A DNA stretch of 64,000 nt from Candidatus Saccharimonadota bacterium (GCA_016432585.1 CP066696.1:388113-452112), one strand, 5' to 3'; shown: positions 30,154-40,515, counted from the stretch's first letter. Translations and numbers: made by a program. The notes: a model not told the origin generated them from the letters alone.

Positions 30154-30393
30154 GTGGACTGGGCACAAATTCTTGTTATATTACTGTCGATCTTTTTAGC
30201 AATCTTCCTTTTGCTTGCGATTGTGCTCACAGCGCTACTTATTAAAGTAACGCGGCAAATTAAATCCGTCACTAACTCGGCGCAGCGTACAGCGGAGCAT
30301 ATGGAATCGGCCGTTGCAGGACTTGGTAAAACGATTTCGCCGATGTTTGTTATGGGGATTATTAAAAAGTTTATGAAAAAAGATAAGAAATAG
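30154..30393 (+). CDS. small membrane protein (possibly DUF948/YtxG-like)
   Basis: GTG start with AGGAG SD. 79 aa, one N-terminal TM then an amphipathic helix. Sits directly upstream of a YtxH-like gene. Confidence 0.5.
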   Translation: MDWAQILVILLSIFLAIFLLLAIVLTALLIKVTRQIKSVTNSAQRTAEHMESAVAGLGKTISPMFVMGIIKKFMKKDKK

Positions 30394-30402
30394 GAGAACC
30401 GT

Positions 30403-30648
30403 ATGTCTAAAGGTAAATTTGCACTCGGAGCAGTTATCGGAGCAGTGGCAGGAATTGTTGCGGGAGTACTCTCTGCTCCAAAGAGCGGTAAAGAAACTCG
30501 TGCAGATATCAAAGACCGCGCGGCGGAATTAAAGGAGCAAGCGGCTGCAAAGGCGGAAAAGGCTAAAGCTCGCGGCGAATCTGTCGTTGAGGAAGTTAAA
30601 GAAAAGGTAGAGCACTACAAAGAGCGCTCCGGCCTAGAAAAGAAGTAA
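30403..30648 (+). CDS. YtxH domain-containing protein
   Basis: 81 aa. GAVIGAVAGIVAGVLSAPKSGKETR is the classical YtxH N-terminal string, followed by a Lys/Glu/Ala-rich helix. Confidence 0.7.
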   Translation: MSKGKFALGAVIGAVAGIVAGVLSAPKSGKETRADIKDRAAELKEQAAAKAEKAKARGESVVEEVKEKVEHYKERSGLEKK

Positions 30649-30651
30649 CCT

Positions 30652-30942
30652 ATGGCAAAAAAGAGTATCGCTAAAAAAGCAGCCGATCAGTTTAAGACAG
30701 ATAATGAACGAGGCTCTCGGCTTGCGCTTATCGAAGATCTCTTCTATGACTTTAATCGTAACCGTGTCGAAGTTTACAAGATGAACTTTATACGGGGAAT
30801 TTTCTTTGGTCTAGGTAGTATCCTGGGTGGCACGGTGGTGATTGCACTGCTTGCATGGATCCTTAGCTTCTTTGTTGAGATTCCAGGAATAGGCGATTCT
30901 ATTCAGCAGGTTCAAGATTCGATTCAAAGCGATAAAAAATAA
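30652..30942 (+). CDS. small membrane protein (DUF5665-like)
   Basis: 96 aa. FIRGIFFGLGSILGGTVVIALLAWIL hydrophobic core. Starts 3 nt after ytxH. Confidence 0.5.
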   Translation: MAKKSIAKKAADQFKTDNERGSRLALIEDLFYDFNRNRVEVYKMNFIRGIFFGLGSILGGTVVIALLAWILSFFVEIPGIGDSIQQVQDSIQSDKK

Positions 30943-31002
30943 TCTCTCGTTGTAAACAAAACGCCCCCTAGACATTAAAATCTTGCTATACTAGATATAA
31001 CT

Positions 31003-34000
31003 ATGGGGGTAGAAACGAAAGAAAAGCTGGCAACAGGGTTGCAGCTTAAATCATCTGATTATGTTCATTTGCATAATCATACGCATCACAGTCTTTTAGA
31101 CGGGTTAAGTAAAATACCCGATCTTGTAGCACGCGTAAAAGAGCTTGGTATGGAGGCCGTGGCTATTACCGACCACGGCACTATGTCCGGGGTGGTAGAT
31201 TTTTATAAGTCTGCTACTGCGGCTGAAATCAAACCTATTCTTGGTATGGAAACATACGTCGCCGCTCGCACACGCCACGATCGCGATCCGCAAAAAGACA
31301 AGGCTCGTTACCACCTAACATTGCTTGCCATGAATGATATCGGGTATAAAAACCTGATGATGCTTTCTACCAAGGCAAACCTTGAGGGTATTTACTACAA
31401 ACCGCGTATCGATCACGAACTTATCGAACAGTACAACGAAGGTATTATTATGCTTTCGGGGTGTGCTGGTGGCGAAATCGGTGAAAAGCTGCGTAACGAC
31501 GATTATGAGGGCGCAAAAGAAGTCGCTATCTGGTATAAATCTATCCTCGGCGACCGCTATTACCTGGAGTTGCAAGATCACGGACATCCAGACGCGCCAG
31601 CGCAGTGGGACGTGCAGGTTAAAATCAACGATTATATCGAAAAACTTTCTGAGGAGCTGGAAATCCCTTGTGTTGTAACGAGCGATGGTCACTATCTATC
31701 ACATGAAGATCAAGATGCACACGAAATATTGCTGTGCGTGGGGACAGGTGCCTTTCTTTCCGACGAAAAGCGAATGAGCCTGAAAGATTTCGAGCTTCAC
31801 CTTACGGAGCCCGAAGAGATTATTAAGCGTTGGGGCAAGACAAACCCCGAAGCGGTTTTAAATACAAAAAGAATTGCCGATAGGTGTAGTGTGACATTGG
31901 AGCTTGGTGGGATTCTTATTCCAAAGTTCCCGGTGCCAGAAGGCGAGACCGAGAAAACATTTCTCGATAAGCTTGTGTATCGTGGTGTGGCAGCACGCTA
32001 CACCGGCAAAACGCCTGCCGAGGCCAATGAACTGTCGGTAGAGGATATTAAACCCCTTCTGACACCCGAGGTGAGTGAACGTCTTGAGATGGAGCTTGGT
32101 GTCTTGGATAACATGGGGTACAACGGGTATTTCCTTATCGTGCAGGACTTTATTAACTGGGGCAAAAACCAAGGAATTATTTTTGGTCCTGGTCGTGGTT
32201 CGGCGGCAGGGTCTATTATTGCGTATGCACTAAATATTACCGATCTTGACCCTTTAAAATATGGCCTGCTGTTTGAGCGATTTTTGAACCCGGATCGAAT
32301 CAGTATGCCGGATATCGATGTAGACATTCAAGATACTCGGCGCGATGAGGTGATTCAGTACTGCTCCGATAAGTATGGCGCTGATCACGTATCAAATATC
32401 GTAACATTCGGTAAGATGGCGGCGCGTGCTGCTGTGCGCGACGTAGCACGTGTTTTGCAGGTGCCGTATGCCGAAGCTGACCGCCTCAGTAAGATGATTC
32501 CTCCGCCAGCCCAGGGGCGCCATATTCCATTGAAGGTAAGTATCAAAGAAGACGTCGATCTTAAAAAGGAATACGAGACCAACCCAACGGCTAAGCAAGT
32601 GTTTGATTATGCCGTTCGTCTAGAGGGAACAATTCGCTCGCATGGCGTGCATGCCTGTGGCGTGGTGATTGCACCCGATGATCTTGTAAAGTACCTACCG
32701 CTTGAAATGGCGCAAAAGGGTGTTGTCTCGACGCAGTTTCCTATGGGCGAAGTAGAGGAGCTTGGCCTTCTAAAAATGGACTTTTTGGGCCTTTCTAACC
32801 TTACGATCATCAATAATGCGCTCCGAATTATTAAAAAGGTGTATAAAGACGAGATTAACCTTTCTAAGATTCCGCTCGACGATACCCTAACATACGAGTT
32901 ATTTCAGCGCGGCGATACAACGGGCGTGTTCCAGCTAGAATCTGCCGGTATGAAGCGCTATTTGCGTGATTTGAAGCCAACTGTTTTTGAAGATATCATT
33001 GCCATGGTTGCCTTGTACCGCCCAGGTCCTATGCAGTTTATCGATAGTTTCATTAAGCGAAAGCACGGCCAGGAAGAAATTAGTTATCTTCACTCTGGAA
33101 TGGAAAATTCACTAAAAAGCACCTACGGAATTTTGGTGTACCAAGAACAGTTCATGCAGATTTCGAAAGAATGGTGCGGATTTACCGGTGGTCAGGCCGA
33201 CACGCTTCGTAAGGCCGTTGGTAAAAAGAAAATCGACCTGATGCGCAAAGTTAAGGTAGATTTCGTTGAAGGTGCGATAACGCATGGTGGCGCCAAAAAA
33301 GAGGTTGCTGAAAAGTTTTGGGATCAGCTAGAGGAGTTCGCCAACTACTGTTTTAACAAGTCTCACGCCGCGTGCTACGGGCTTATATCGTACTGGACAG
33401 CATATCTAAAGGCGCACTACCCAGATGCATTTATGGCAGCTCTGATGACAAGTGACCAAGATGATATCGACCGCCTTGCGATTGAAATTTCAGAGTGTAA
33501 GCATATGGGAATCAAAGTGCTTTCGCCAGATGTCAACGAATCTTTTGTGGAGTTTGCTATTGTGCCAGGCGAAAACGAAATTCGCTTCGGCATGGCCGCA
33601 ATTAAAGGTGTTGGTGTGGGTGCCGTAGAGGAAGTTCTGCGTGCGCGTAAAGATGGAAAATTTGCAAGCATTGAAGATTTTGCAAAACGAGTCAGCACGA
33701 GCAAGTTCAATAAAAAGGCTTGGGATTCGCTTATTAAATCGGGTGGATTCGATGCATTTGGCGACCGCTCTGATTTGCTGTTCAACCTAGAAACAATTCA
33801 GGCCTTTGCCAGCAAGGTGCAAAAAGAAGCGCTGAGTGGGCAGACCGACCTGTTTGGTGGCATGAGTACCAATACGGACATTCAGCCAACAGTGACGCTG
33901 CAAACCGCACCAACGAAATTTACCGAAAAAGAGCAGCTTATGTGGGAGCGTGAACTTCTGGGGCTGTATATTAGTGCGCACCCGCTCGATAAGTACGGAT

Positions 34001-34734
34001 CGTATTTTGAAGAGCAAACGATTCCTCTTATGCGCATGACGCCGGATGTTGATGGTAAAAAGGCAACGATTGGCGGGTTAGTAAGCACTGTTCGTTCTAT
34101 TGTGACGAAATCTGGTACAAAAATGGCATTTGTAGGGTTGGAGGATAAAACTGGCGAAGGTGAGGTGATTGTATTTCCTAATCTCTACGAGCAAGTTGGG
34201 GCGAAGCTTATTCAAGATGCCGTAGTACGTGTGACAGGCAAGATAAGTGCAAGAGATCGCGATGGCAATTTGGGCGACGACGCGAAAATGATTGCTGATG
34301 AAATTGTAGAGGTGACAGACCAAGAGCTGAGGGATTACGAATCGACAGGCCGCAAGATGCAAGCGCCAAAAATGAGCTCTAAGGTAAAAGCGATGCGCGT
34401 TGCGGAATTTAAAGCAAAGAAAACTGGTGGCGAGGTAAGCGCGCCAGCAAGCACTATGCCAAAAGATCCGGCTCCTATTGAAAAACCACGGCCGATCGTT
34501 GACATGCCACCTGTAAAAAAGCTGTTTGTTCATATCAAAAACCCAGATGATCACGACGCGCTTTTGCAACTGAAACGCACCTGTAGCGAATTTGTTGGGA
34601 ATATCGATATTATTCTTGTGCTAGGGGCAGATAAGAAGTCGGCAATTAAGCTGCCATTTAAAATCGATGGTAGTGACACGCTAATTGGTGAGTTGGTTAA
34701 GTCGCTTGGCGAAGACTGTGTCGTACTAAAATAA
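31003..34734 (+). CDS. dnaE: DNA polymerase III alpha subunit
   Basis: 1243 aa. PHP domain HLHNHTHHSLLDG, polymerase core (GPGRGSAAGS, PDIDVD), FNKSHAACY, OB-fold C-terminus. Confidence 0.95.
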   Translation: MGVETKEKLATGLQLKSSDYVHLHNHTHHSLLDGLSKIPDLVARVKELGMEAVAITDHGTMSGVVDFYKSATAAEIKPILGMETYVAARTRHDRDPQKDKARYHLTLLAMNDIGYKNLMMLSTKANLEGIYYKPRIDHELIEQYNEGIIMLSGCAGGEIGEKLRNDDYEGAKEVAIWYKSILGDRYYLELQDHGHPDAPAQWDVQVKINDYIEKLSEELEIPCVVTSDGHYLSHEDQDAHEILLCVGTGAFLSDEKRMSLKDFELHLTEPEEIIKRWGKTNPEAVLNTKRIADRCSVTLELGGILIPKFPVPEGETEKTFLDKLVYRGVAARYTGKTPAEANELSVEDIKPLLTPEVSERLEMELGVLDNMGYNGYFLIVQDFINWGKNQGIIFGPGRGSAAGSIIAYALNITDLDPLKYGLLFERFLNPDRISMPDIDVDIQDTRRDEVIQYCSDKYGADHVSNIVTFGKMAARAAVRDVARVLQVPYAEADRLSKMIPPPAQGRHIPLKVSIKEDVDLKKEYETNPTAKQVFDYAVRLEGTIRSHGVHACGVVIAPDDLVKYLPLEMAQKGVVSTQFPMGEVEELGLLKMDFLGLSNLTIINNALRIIKKVYKDEINLSKIPLDDTLTYELFQRGDTTGVFQLESAGMKRYLRDLKPTVFEDIIAMVALYRPGPMQFIDSFIKRKHGQEEISYLHSGMENSLKSTYGILVYQEQFMQISKEWCGFTGGQADTLRKAVGKKKIDLMRKVKVDFVEGAITHGGAKKEVAEKFWDQLEEFANYCFNKSHAACYGLISYWTAYLKAHYPDAFMAALMTSDQDDIDRLAIEISECKHMGIKVLSPDVNESFVEFAIVPGENEIRFGMAAIKGVGVGAVEEVLRARKDGKFASIEDFAKRVSTSKFNKKAWDSLIKSGGFDAFGDRSDLLFNLETIQAFASKVQKEALSGQTDLFGGMSTNTDIQPTVTLQTAPTKFTEKEQLMWERELLGLYISAHPLDKYGSYFEEQTIPLMRMTPDVDGKKATIGGLVSTVRSIVTKSGTKMAFVGLEDKTGEGEVIVFPNLYEQVGAKLIQDAVVRVTGKISARDRDGNLGDDAKMIADEIVEVTDQELRDYESTGRKMQAPKMSSKVKAMRVAEFKAKKTGGEVSAPASTMPKDPAPIEKPRPIVDMPPVKKLFVHIKNPDDHDALLQLKRTCSEFVGNIDIILVLGADKKSAIKLPFKIDGSDTLIGELVKSLGEDCVVLK

Positions 34735-34760
34735 ACAACGCCTAAAGGGTGACTCGTTGC

Positions 34761-35987
34761 ATGCGATTCACGCTTATGCTAGCGTTAAATACAGTGACTA
34801 TTAAAACTGTATTACAAACGCGCCCGCAAATATCCAAAATACTACTTGGAGTTTGTGCTGCTGTTGTTGCGATTGCCGCGCCTCTTCAAATAACTAATTC
34901 TGCGGTGTATGCCGATCAGTATGATGATCAGATTCAGGCAATTCAGAATCAGGTTGATCAATACCAGCAGAGTGCAAACGCCTTGCAAAAACAGGCGAAT
35001 ACATTGCAAAAAATGATTGGCGTTCTCAATGCCGAAAAAAAGTCGATTCAAGCGCAGCTAGAGCTTTCTCAGACAAAATTGAATAAGTTAACGGCAGATA
35101 TTGCCGCGAATGAAATAAAGCTTGCAAACAATAAAGATGCGCTTGGTAAGATTGTTGCAGATTTGTATATCGACGACGGTATTTCGCCACTTGAAATGCT
35201 GGCGAGCAGCAAAAACGTCGGTGAATATATGGATAAAAGCGAGTATCGCTCGGCGGTAAGTGAGCGTCTTGCAGAGACAATTGATGCAATTAAGACTCTT
35301 AAAGACCAGTTAGAAAAAGATCAGCAAGCGGTTAAAAAGGTTGTTGCGCAGCAAAAAGCGCAGCGAGCATCACTTATTGCCAAAGAAGCCGAAAAGCAGA
35401 AATTATTAAAAGAAACGAAGGGCAAAGAAGCTGCTTATCAAAAGCAAATCGCCAATAGTAAGGCGAAAATGTCTGCTATAGCCGCCGAGCAGCAAGCGGC
35501 GCTTGCCCGACTAACAAATGGCGGTGCGTACAACTCGGGCTCGGTTGGTTCATTCCAGTTCCGTAACTTTAGTGGCAATATGCCATGTGGTGGCGGCGGG
35601 TACACGCTATGTGGCGCCCAGGATAGCTATGCGGACCAATGGGGCTTGTATAACCGCGAATGTGTTAGCTATACCGCATGGGCTGCATACAATCGCTTCG
35701 GCAAATACGTTACAAACTTTTCGGGCCGCGGCAATGCTCAGGATTGGCCATACAGCGCACCAGATCTTATGGGCGCAAGTGTTAGCCGGTCGCCATCTGT
35801 TGGCGCTGTAGCGATCTTGCCTGCAACTCCTGGATTTGCGCCAATTGGACACGCCATGTTGGTAGAGGCAGTACTGGGCGGCGGCTGGGTGCGCGTGAGT
35901 CAATATAACTTTGGTGGCACAGGTGAATACAGTACGATGGATATCAAATCATCGGGCGTTGTGTTTGTTCACTTTGATAATCGCTAG
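34761..35987 (+). CDS. secreted coiled-coil + CHAP-domain peptidoglycan hydrolase (PcsB-like architecture); start uncertain (34749/34761/34776)
   Basis: Signal-like ILLGVCAAVVAIAAPLQITNSAVYA|DQ. About 200 aa Gln/Lys/Ala coiled coil. C-terminal CHAP domain (NRECVSYTAWAA...GHAMLVEAV). Confidence 0.75.
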   Translation: MRFTLMLALNTVTIKTVLQTRPQISKILLGVCAAVVAIAAPLQITNSAVYADQYDDQIQAIQNQVDQYQQSANALQKQANTLQKMIGVLNAEKKSIQAQLELSQTKLNKLTADIAANEIKLANNKDALGKIVADLYIDDGISPLEMLASSKNVGEYMDKSEYRSAVSERLAETIDAIKTLKDQLEKDQQAVKKVVAQQKAQRASLIAKEAEKQKLLKETKGKEAAYQKQIANSKAKMSAIAAEQQAALARLTNGGAYNSGSVGSFQFRNFSGNMPCGGGGYTLCGAQDSYADQWGLYNRECVSYTAWAAYNRFGKYVTNFSGRGNAQDWPYSAPDLMGASVSRSPSVGAVAILPATPGFAPIGHAMLVEAVLGGGWVRVSQYNFGGTGEYSTMDIKSSGVVFVHFDNR

Positions 35988-36475
35988 TTCTTAACAGAGA
36001 GTGCGTACAGGGCAATACCCGCAGCCACGCTAACATTGAAAGATTCTTTTTCACCGCGCATGGGTATTTCTACGAGGTCATCGCAAGTGGCGCGAAGCTC
36101 TGGCGTGATTCCCTCTACCTCTTCCCCAAGAAGAAGTACGATCTTACTCGGCGGTGTATAGTTTTGAATAAGGGTCGCCCGGTCATCTTGTTCGAGGCCG
36201 ACAACCGTGTATCCCTGGTTTTTTAGTGAAATAATATCCGGCTCTTCTTGATATTCGAATGGAACAAGGGTCTCGGCGTCTAGCGCTGTTTTATGAATCT
36301 GAAGTGTCAGTTTATCGGCAATATGAGGTAATCGCGCGTCGTTATTTTGACGTGGATAGGGCGTGTAGCCGCTTAGAATTATCTTTTTTACGCCAAAACC
36401 TTCGCTTGTGCGAAAAATTGCGCCAACGTTGTGGGTGGACCTTATATTGTGAGCGATAACGATAATTTCTGGCAT
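35984..36475 (-). CDS. SpoU/TrmH-family RNA 2'-O-methyltransferase
   Basis: 163 aa. NVGAIFRTSEGFG, LLLGEEVEGI and IPMRGEKESFNVSVAAGIALY motifs. Confidence 0.8.
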   Translation of the reverse strand: MPEIIVIAHNIRSTHNVGAIFRTSEGFGVKKIILSGYTPYPRQNNDARLPHIADKLTLQIHKTALDAETLVPFEYQEEPDIISLKNQGYTVVGLEQDDRATLIQNYTPPSKIVLLLGEEVEGITPELRATCDDLVEIPMRGEKESFNVSVAAGIALYALSVKN

Positions 36476-36530
36476 GATTACCTGATTATACCACTATAAA
36501 ATGCTAGTGTTTTCTGCTACTATAGCAACA

Positions 36531-38153
36531 ATGGACGAAGATAGGGTACAAGAAAAACGTCGTGAACAAGATGAAAAAGCAACGCAGCAGCGTGCTGCTA
36601 TTTTGGGGTTGCAGTATCTCGACACGCGCGATGTCGAAGCAAGTCTTCCGCTTGTTACGGATATACTTAAGAACGACGAAATGTACAAAGGCTATGTTGT
36701 TCCGCTGACAAAAGGCGGAGGAACTGAGCCGTTTCGTTTTGGCGTTACTAGCCAAACGCCACAATCCCTTATTCGCAAAATGGAAGCCGATTTCAATTCG
36801 CGCGGTGAAAACACGCAGTTCCTACTAATAAGTAACAGCGGATTCCGTGCGTTTATGGCTCGGTTTGATCCGCCGAAAAAAACGATTTATCAAGATATCG
36901 AGATTGCTAAAGAAGGCGACAGTGACACGATTGCAGGAGTCAGTAAAACCCTTAACTCTGTTAGTAGTGACCAGGTTTTCGATTATCTTATTACACAGGC
37001 CGACAAGCTGAACGCGAGCGATATCCATATCGAAAACGAACGTACGTATATTCGTATCCGTATGCGTGTCGATGGTGCGCTTCACCCGGTAGCCGATCTC
37101 GATAAAGATCGTTACCGCGTTATAATGGGCGAGCTTGCGTCGCGTGCGAACGTATCTACCGCTGCTGTCGAGCCGCAATCTGGTCACATTCAAAAAGAGA
37201 TTACCCGTGACGGCGCAACCCATTTATTGAACATTCGTGTCGAAACGGTGCCAACAATGTATGGCCAAGACGCGGTGCTTCGTTTGTTTAACTTCGATGA
37301 AAGCTTGTTGAATCTTGATCTTTTGGGTATTCCCGACAAGCAGCGCGAAGAAATTAATAATATTATCAGTCACCCGCGCGGAATGGTGCTGATGGTTGGT
37401 CCAACTGGTTCTGGTAAGTCGACGACCCTCTACAGTATCCTAAACGCGCTTAATACGCCGGATCGTAAACTTATCACCCTTGAAGATCCTATCGAGTACG
37501 GACTAAGCGGCATCTCGCAAATTCCAATTAACACAACAGGCGGTCAAAGCTTTGCCGATGGCCTGCGTAGCGTACTACGTCTCGACCCAGATGTTGTGAT
37601 GATCGGTGAGATCCGTGACCAAGATACTGCTAGAACGGCAATTCAGGCCTCTATTACGGGCCACCTGGTGCTATCAAGCTTCCATGCTAACTCCACTAGT
37701 GCCGCATTTAGCCGTATGATCGATCTCATCGGGGTTAATCCAATCTTTAGTTCGGCTATCCGGTTGCTTATCGCGCAGCGTCTGGTGCGCCGCCTCCACG
37801 ACGAAACAAAAGAAGAATACGAGCCCGACGAATCAACCCGCAAGTATGTGCGCGATGTTTTAAAAGGCTTGCCAGACGATATCGAAAAGCCAGATCTCGA
37901 CACCTTTAAGTTATGGCGGCCAGTGCCTACCGATGACGTACCGTTTGGCTATAAAGGTCGTGTCGTTATTATGGAGCAAATGGTCGTTACTGAGGATATT
38001 CAAAAATTCCTTCGTGGTGATGTTGCCGATATTCACACCGAAGCTATCGAAGAGGCCGCAACGCGCGGTGGAATGGTAACGCTGCTTCAGGCGGGCGTTC
38101 TCGCGGCGCTTCGTGGCGAAACCACCCTCGAGGAAGTTAACCGAGTAATTTAG
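36531..38153 (+). CDS. pilB: GspE/PilB-family type II/IV secretion (type IV pilus assembly) ATPase
   Basis: Walker A GPTGSGKSTT, Asp box ITLEDPIEY, Walker B VVMIGEIRD, His box. TGCTACTAT, then 7 nt, then ATG 36531. Confidence 0.85.
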   Translation: MDEDRVQEKRREQDEKATQQRAAILGLQYLDTRDVEASLPLVTDILKNDEMYKGYVVPLTKGGGTEPFRFGVTSQTPQSLIRKMEADFNSRGENTQFLLISNSGFRAFMARFDPPKKTIYQDIEIAKEGDSDTIAGVSKTLNSVSSDQVFDYLITQADKLNASDIHIENERTYIRIRMRVDGALHPVADLDKDRYRVIMGELASRANVSTAAVEPQSGHIQKEITRDGATHLLNIRVETVPTMYGQDAVLRLFNFDESLLNLDLLGIPDKQREEINNIISHPRGMVLMVGPTGSGKSTTLYSILNALNTPDRKLITLEDPIEYGLSGISQIPINTTGGQSFADGLRSVLRLDPDVVMIGEIRDQDTARTAIQASITGHLVLSSFHANSTSAAFSRMIDLIGVNPIFSSAIRLLIAQRLVRRLHDETKEEYEPDESTRKYVRDVLKGLPDDIEKPDLDTFKLWRPVPTDDVPFGYKGRVVIMEQMVVTEDIQKFLRGDVADIHTEAIEEAATRGGMVTLLQAGVLAALRGETTLEEVNRVI

Positions 38154-38173
38154 GCATCTGCTATACTTGCCCT

Positions 38174-38818
38174 ATGGAGAAGATTCTCTATATCGGCGGT
38201 ATCGGTAGTAGTTCACATTCAGTTGAGACGGTGGCTGCCGCGCTTTCGGCACAGTTTAAGTTAAATGTTATCGCGATGTCTTTTAGTATGGCATGCTCGC
38301 AGCGCGCCAGAGTTGCCCAGCTTGCGCGTGAAAGTTTGGTCATTACGCATTCCGAGGGTATTTTGGCGCTTAAAGATACGGCACCGATGGAACTGGTTGC
38401 TGTTGCACCTCCTATGCCTTCACATCCTCTTCTTTTGATAGGCCGTGCGTTTCCGAAAACTTTTGCATTATTACTAAGTGGCCGCGAATCTTACGAACGA
38501 CCACGAAAACTCATCGATTACCATGCGCGACTACTTTTAGAGCACGGCTTGCATCCACGCTACAATAGCATGATGATACGGGAGGTCGCTTCGTTCGATG
38601 TTGCGCGGTTTGCGGTAGAAGTAACAATGACGGGCGGCAAGGTCACACTAGGCTTTATGGAACACGACCTGTTGTTTCCCGGCGCGCATCTTCATCCGCA
38701 TATAGAGGTGGCTAAAGAGCGTGGAGTTAAAGTGTTCGAGAATATTATCGGACAGCACGATGAATTTGCGCTGTATCCAGTAGATGTCATGGCACAAATG
38801 CAGCGATTAGTAAAATAA
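38174..38818 (+). CDS. hypothetical protein, possible alpha/beta-hydrolase fold
   Basis: 214 aa. Nucleophile-elbow-like ITHSEG and late GQHDEF. Leaderless-type start. No family recognised with confidence. Confidence 0.45.
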   Translation: MEKILYIGGIGSSSHSVETVAAALSAQFKLNVIAMSFSMACSQRARVAQLARESLVITHSEGILALKDTAPMELVAVAPPMPSHPLLLIGRAFPKTFALLLSGRESYERPRKLIDYHARLLLEHGLHPRYNSMMIREVASFDVARFAVEVTMTGGKVTLGFMEHDLLFPGAHLHPHIEVAKERGVKVFENIIGQHDEFALYPVDVMAQMQRLVK

Positions 38819-39955
38819 TTAAACAATAACTTTAGCGATTGCAGGTACAAGACGGTCGTCGAAAACCGATGGAATAATACATTCTGAATCTGGTGCTTCA
38901 ACAAGGCCTGCGATAACCTCGGCGGCAGCAATCTTGTGTTGATCGGTAATTTTTGTAACGCCGTTATCAAGCGCACCACGGAATATACCCGGAAAGGCGA
39001 TCGCATTGTTTACCTGGTTTGGAAAGTCACTTCGGCCTGTGGCGATGATAGCAACGCCTGCCACCTTGGCCTCGTCTGGCATGATTTCGGGCGTAGGGTT
39101 GGCCATGGCAAAAACAATAGGGTCTTTATCCATCGACTTCACCATTTCGGTTGTCAGAAGCCCGGGCTTTGATACGCCAATAAAGACATCTGCCCCTTGA
39201 ATAATGTCCTCAAGAGACCCATCGATACTAGAAAGGTTCGTAAACTCAAGCAAAGCTTTCTTCTCGTCGTTAAGATCGGTTCGGTTTTTACTAATAACGC
39301 CCTTGCTATCTACAGCGAATATTCGCGGGCTTGCATATAGGTGAAGGAGCTTCATAATTGCCGTGCCAGCCGCCCCGGCTCCTACGACAACAATTTTAGC
39401 GTCTTTAAGTTCTCGGCCGGTAACTTTCATGGCGTTTATAAGCCCCGCAAGCGTTACGATGGCAGTGCCGTGCTGGTCATCGTGAAATACGGGGATATCA
39501 AGCTCGGCTTTTAAGCGCTCCTCGATCTCAAAGCACTGCGGTGCAGCAATGTCCTCTAGGTTAATAGCGCCAAAGCTGCTCGAGATTGCCTTAACGGTGG
39601 CAACGATTTCGTCGGGTGTGTGGACATCGAGGGTGATAGGAACACTATCGATACCGGCAAAGTGTTTGAAAAGGAGTGCCTTTCCCTCCATGACCGGCAT
39701 CGAACCTTTAGGGCCAATATTACCTAGGCCAAGCACGGCCGAGCCATCCGAAATAACGGCAACCAAGTTGTTCGTCCACGTATAAACGGGTAGTTGTGAT
39801 GGATCGTCGGCAATGGCGCGACTTACGGCGGCGACACCCGGCGTATAATACGCGCTTAGCTTTTCTTTTGTTAAGTCTTCGGTATCTCGCAAAGTGGTGG
39901 TAATTTTGCCTTTGTGGGATTTATGCAGGGTAAGGGCGAGTTCATCATAGTTCAT
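38819..39955 (-). CDS. NAD(P)-dependent malic enzyme (short form)
   Basis: 378 aa. YTPGVA, VAVISDGSAVLGLGNIG, FHDDQHGTA and VVVGAGAAG motifs. Confidence 0.9.
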   Translation of the reverse strand: MNYDELALTLHKSHKGKITTTLRDTEDLTKEKLSAYYTPGVAAVSRAIADDPSQLPVYTWTNNLVAVISDGSAVLGLGNIGPKGSMPVMEGKALLFKHFAGIDSVPITLDVHTPDEIVATVKAISSSFGAINLEDIAAPQCFEIEERLKAELDIPVFHDDQHGTAIVTLAGLINAMKVTGRELKDAKIVVVGAGAAGTAIMKLLHLYASPRIFAVDSKGVISKNRTDLNDEKKALLEFTNLSSIDGSLEDIIQGADVFIGVSKPGLLTTEMVKSMDKDPIVFAMANPTPEIMPDEAKVAGVAIIATGRSDFPNQVNNAIAFPGIFRGALDNGVTKITDQHKIAAAEVIAGLVEAPDSECIIPSVFDDRLVPAIAKVIV

Positions 39956-40077
39956 ATGCTTAGTATAGCAAGTGCTGATAAGTTAGTGCAAAATACGCTA
40001 AAACCCTTTAAAAAGACGGACATCTATGCTATAGTAAACAACTGATTGTATCTATAAAATAGTAAAGCGAGAGAATA

Positions 40078-40497
40078 ATGAGTTTTGAACTTATCAAAAA
40101 AGTTAACGACGAGCAGAAAAAAGCTGGTGTTGTTGACGTTCGTAGCGGTGACACCGTTCGTGTTCACCAAAAAATTAAAGAAGGCACCAAAGAGCGTATT
40201 CAGATCTTTGAAGGTGTTGTTATCCGTACCGACAACAAGCAGTCACACACGTCACGTATTACCGTACGTAAAATTGCAAGCGGTGTTGGTGTAGAGAAAA
40301 GCTTCTTGCTTCACAGCCCACTTGTTGAGAAAATCGAAGTTACTCGCCGATCGAAAGTTCGCCGTAATTTCCTTTCATTCCTTCGTAACCGTAGTGGCAA
40401 GAGCGCACGCTTGACCGCTAAAAACTTCGACCGCGAAGGCATCAACAAAGTTGCCGAAGCTCCAGCAAAAGCTGAAGTTGCCGACGAAGCAAAATAG
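40078..40497 (+). CDS. rplS: 50S ribosomal protein L19, with a short Ala/Glu/Lys C-terminal tail
   Basis: VRSGDTVRVHQKIKEGTKERIQIFEGVVI and HSPLVEKIEV are typical bL19 strings. Confidence 0.95.
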   Translation: MSFELIKKVNDEQKKAGVVDVRSGDTVRVHQKIKEGTKERIQIFEGVVIRTDNKQSHTSRITVRKIASGVGVEKSFLLHSPLVEKIEVTRRSKVRRNFLSFLRNRSGKSARLTAKNFDREGINKVAEAPAKAEVADEAK

Positions 40498-40515
40498 TAA
40501 TTCTCGCTATCTTTA

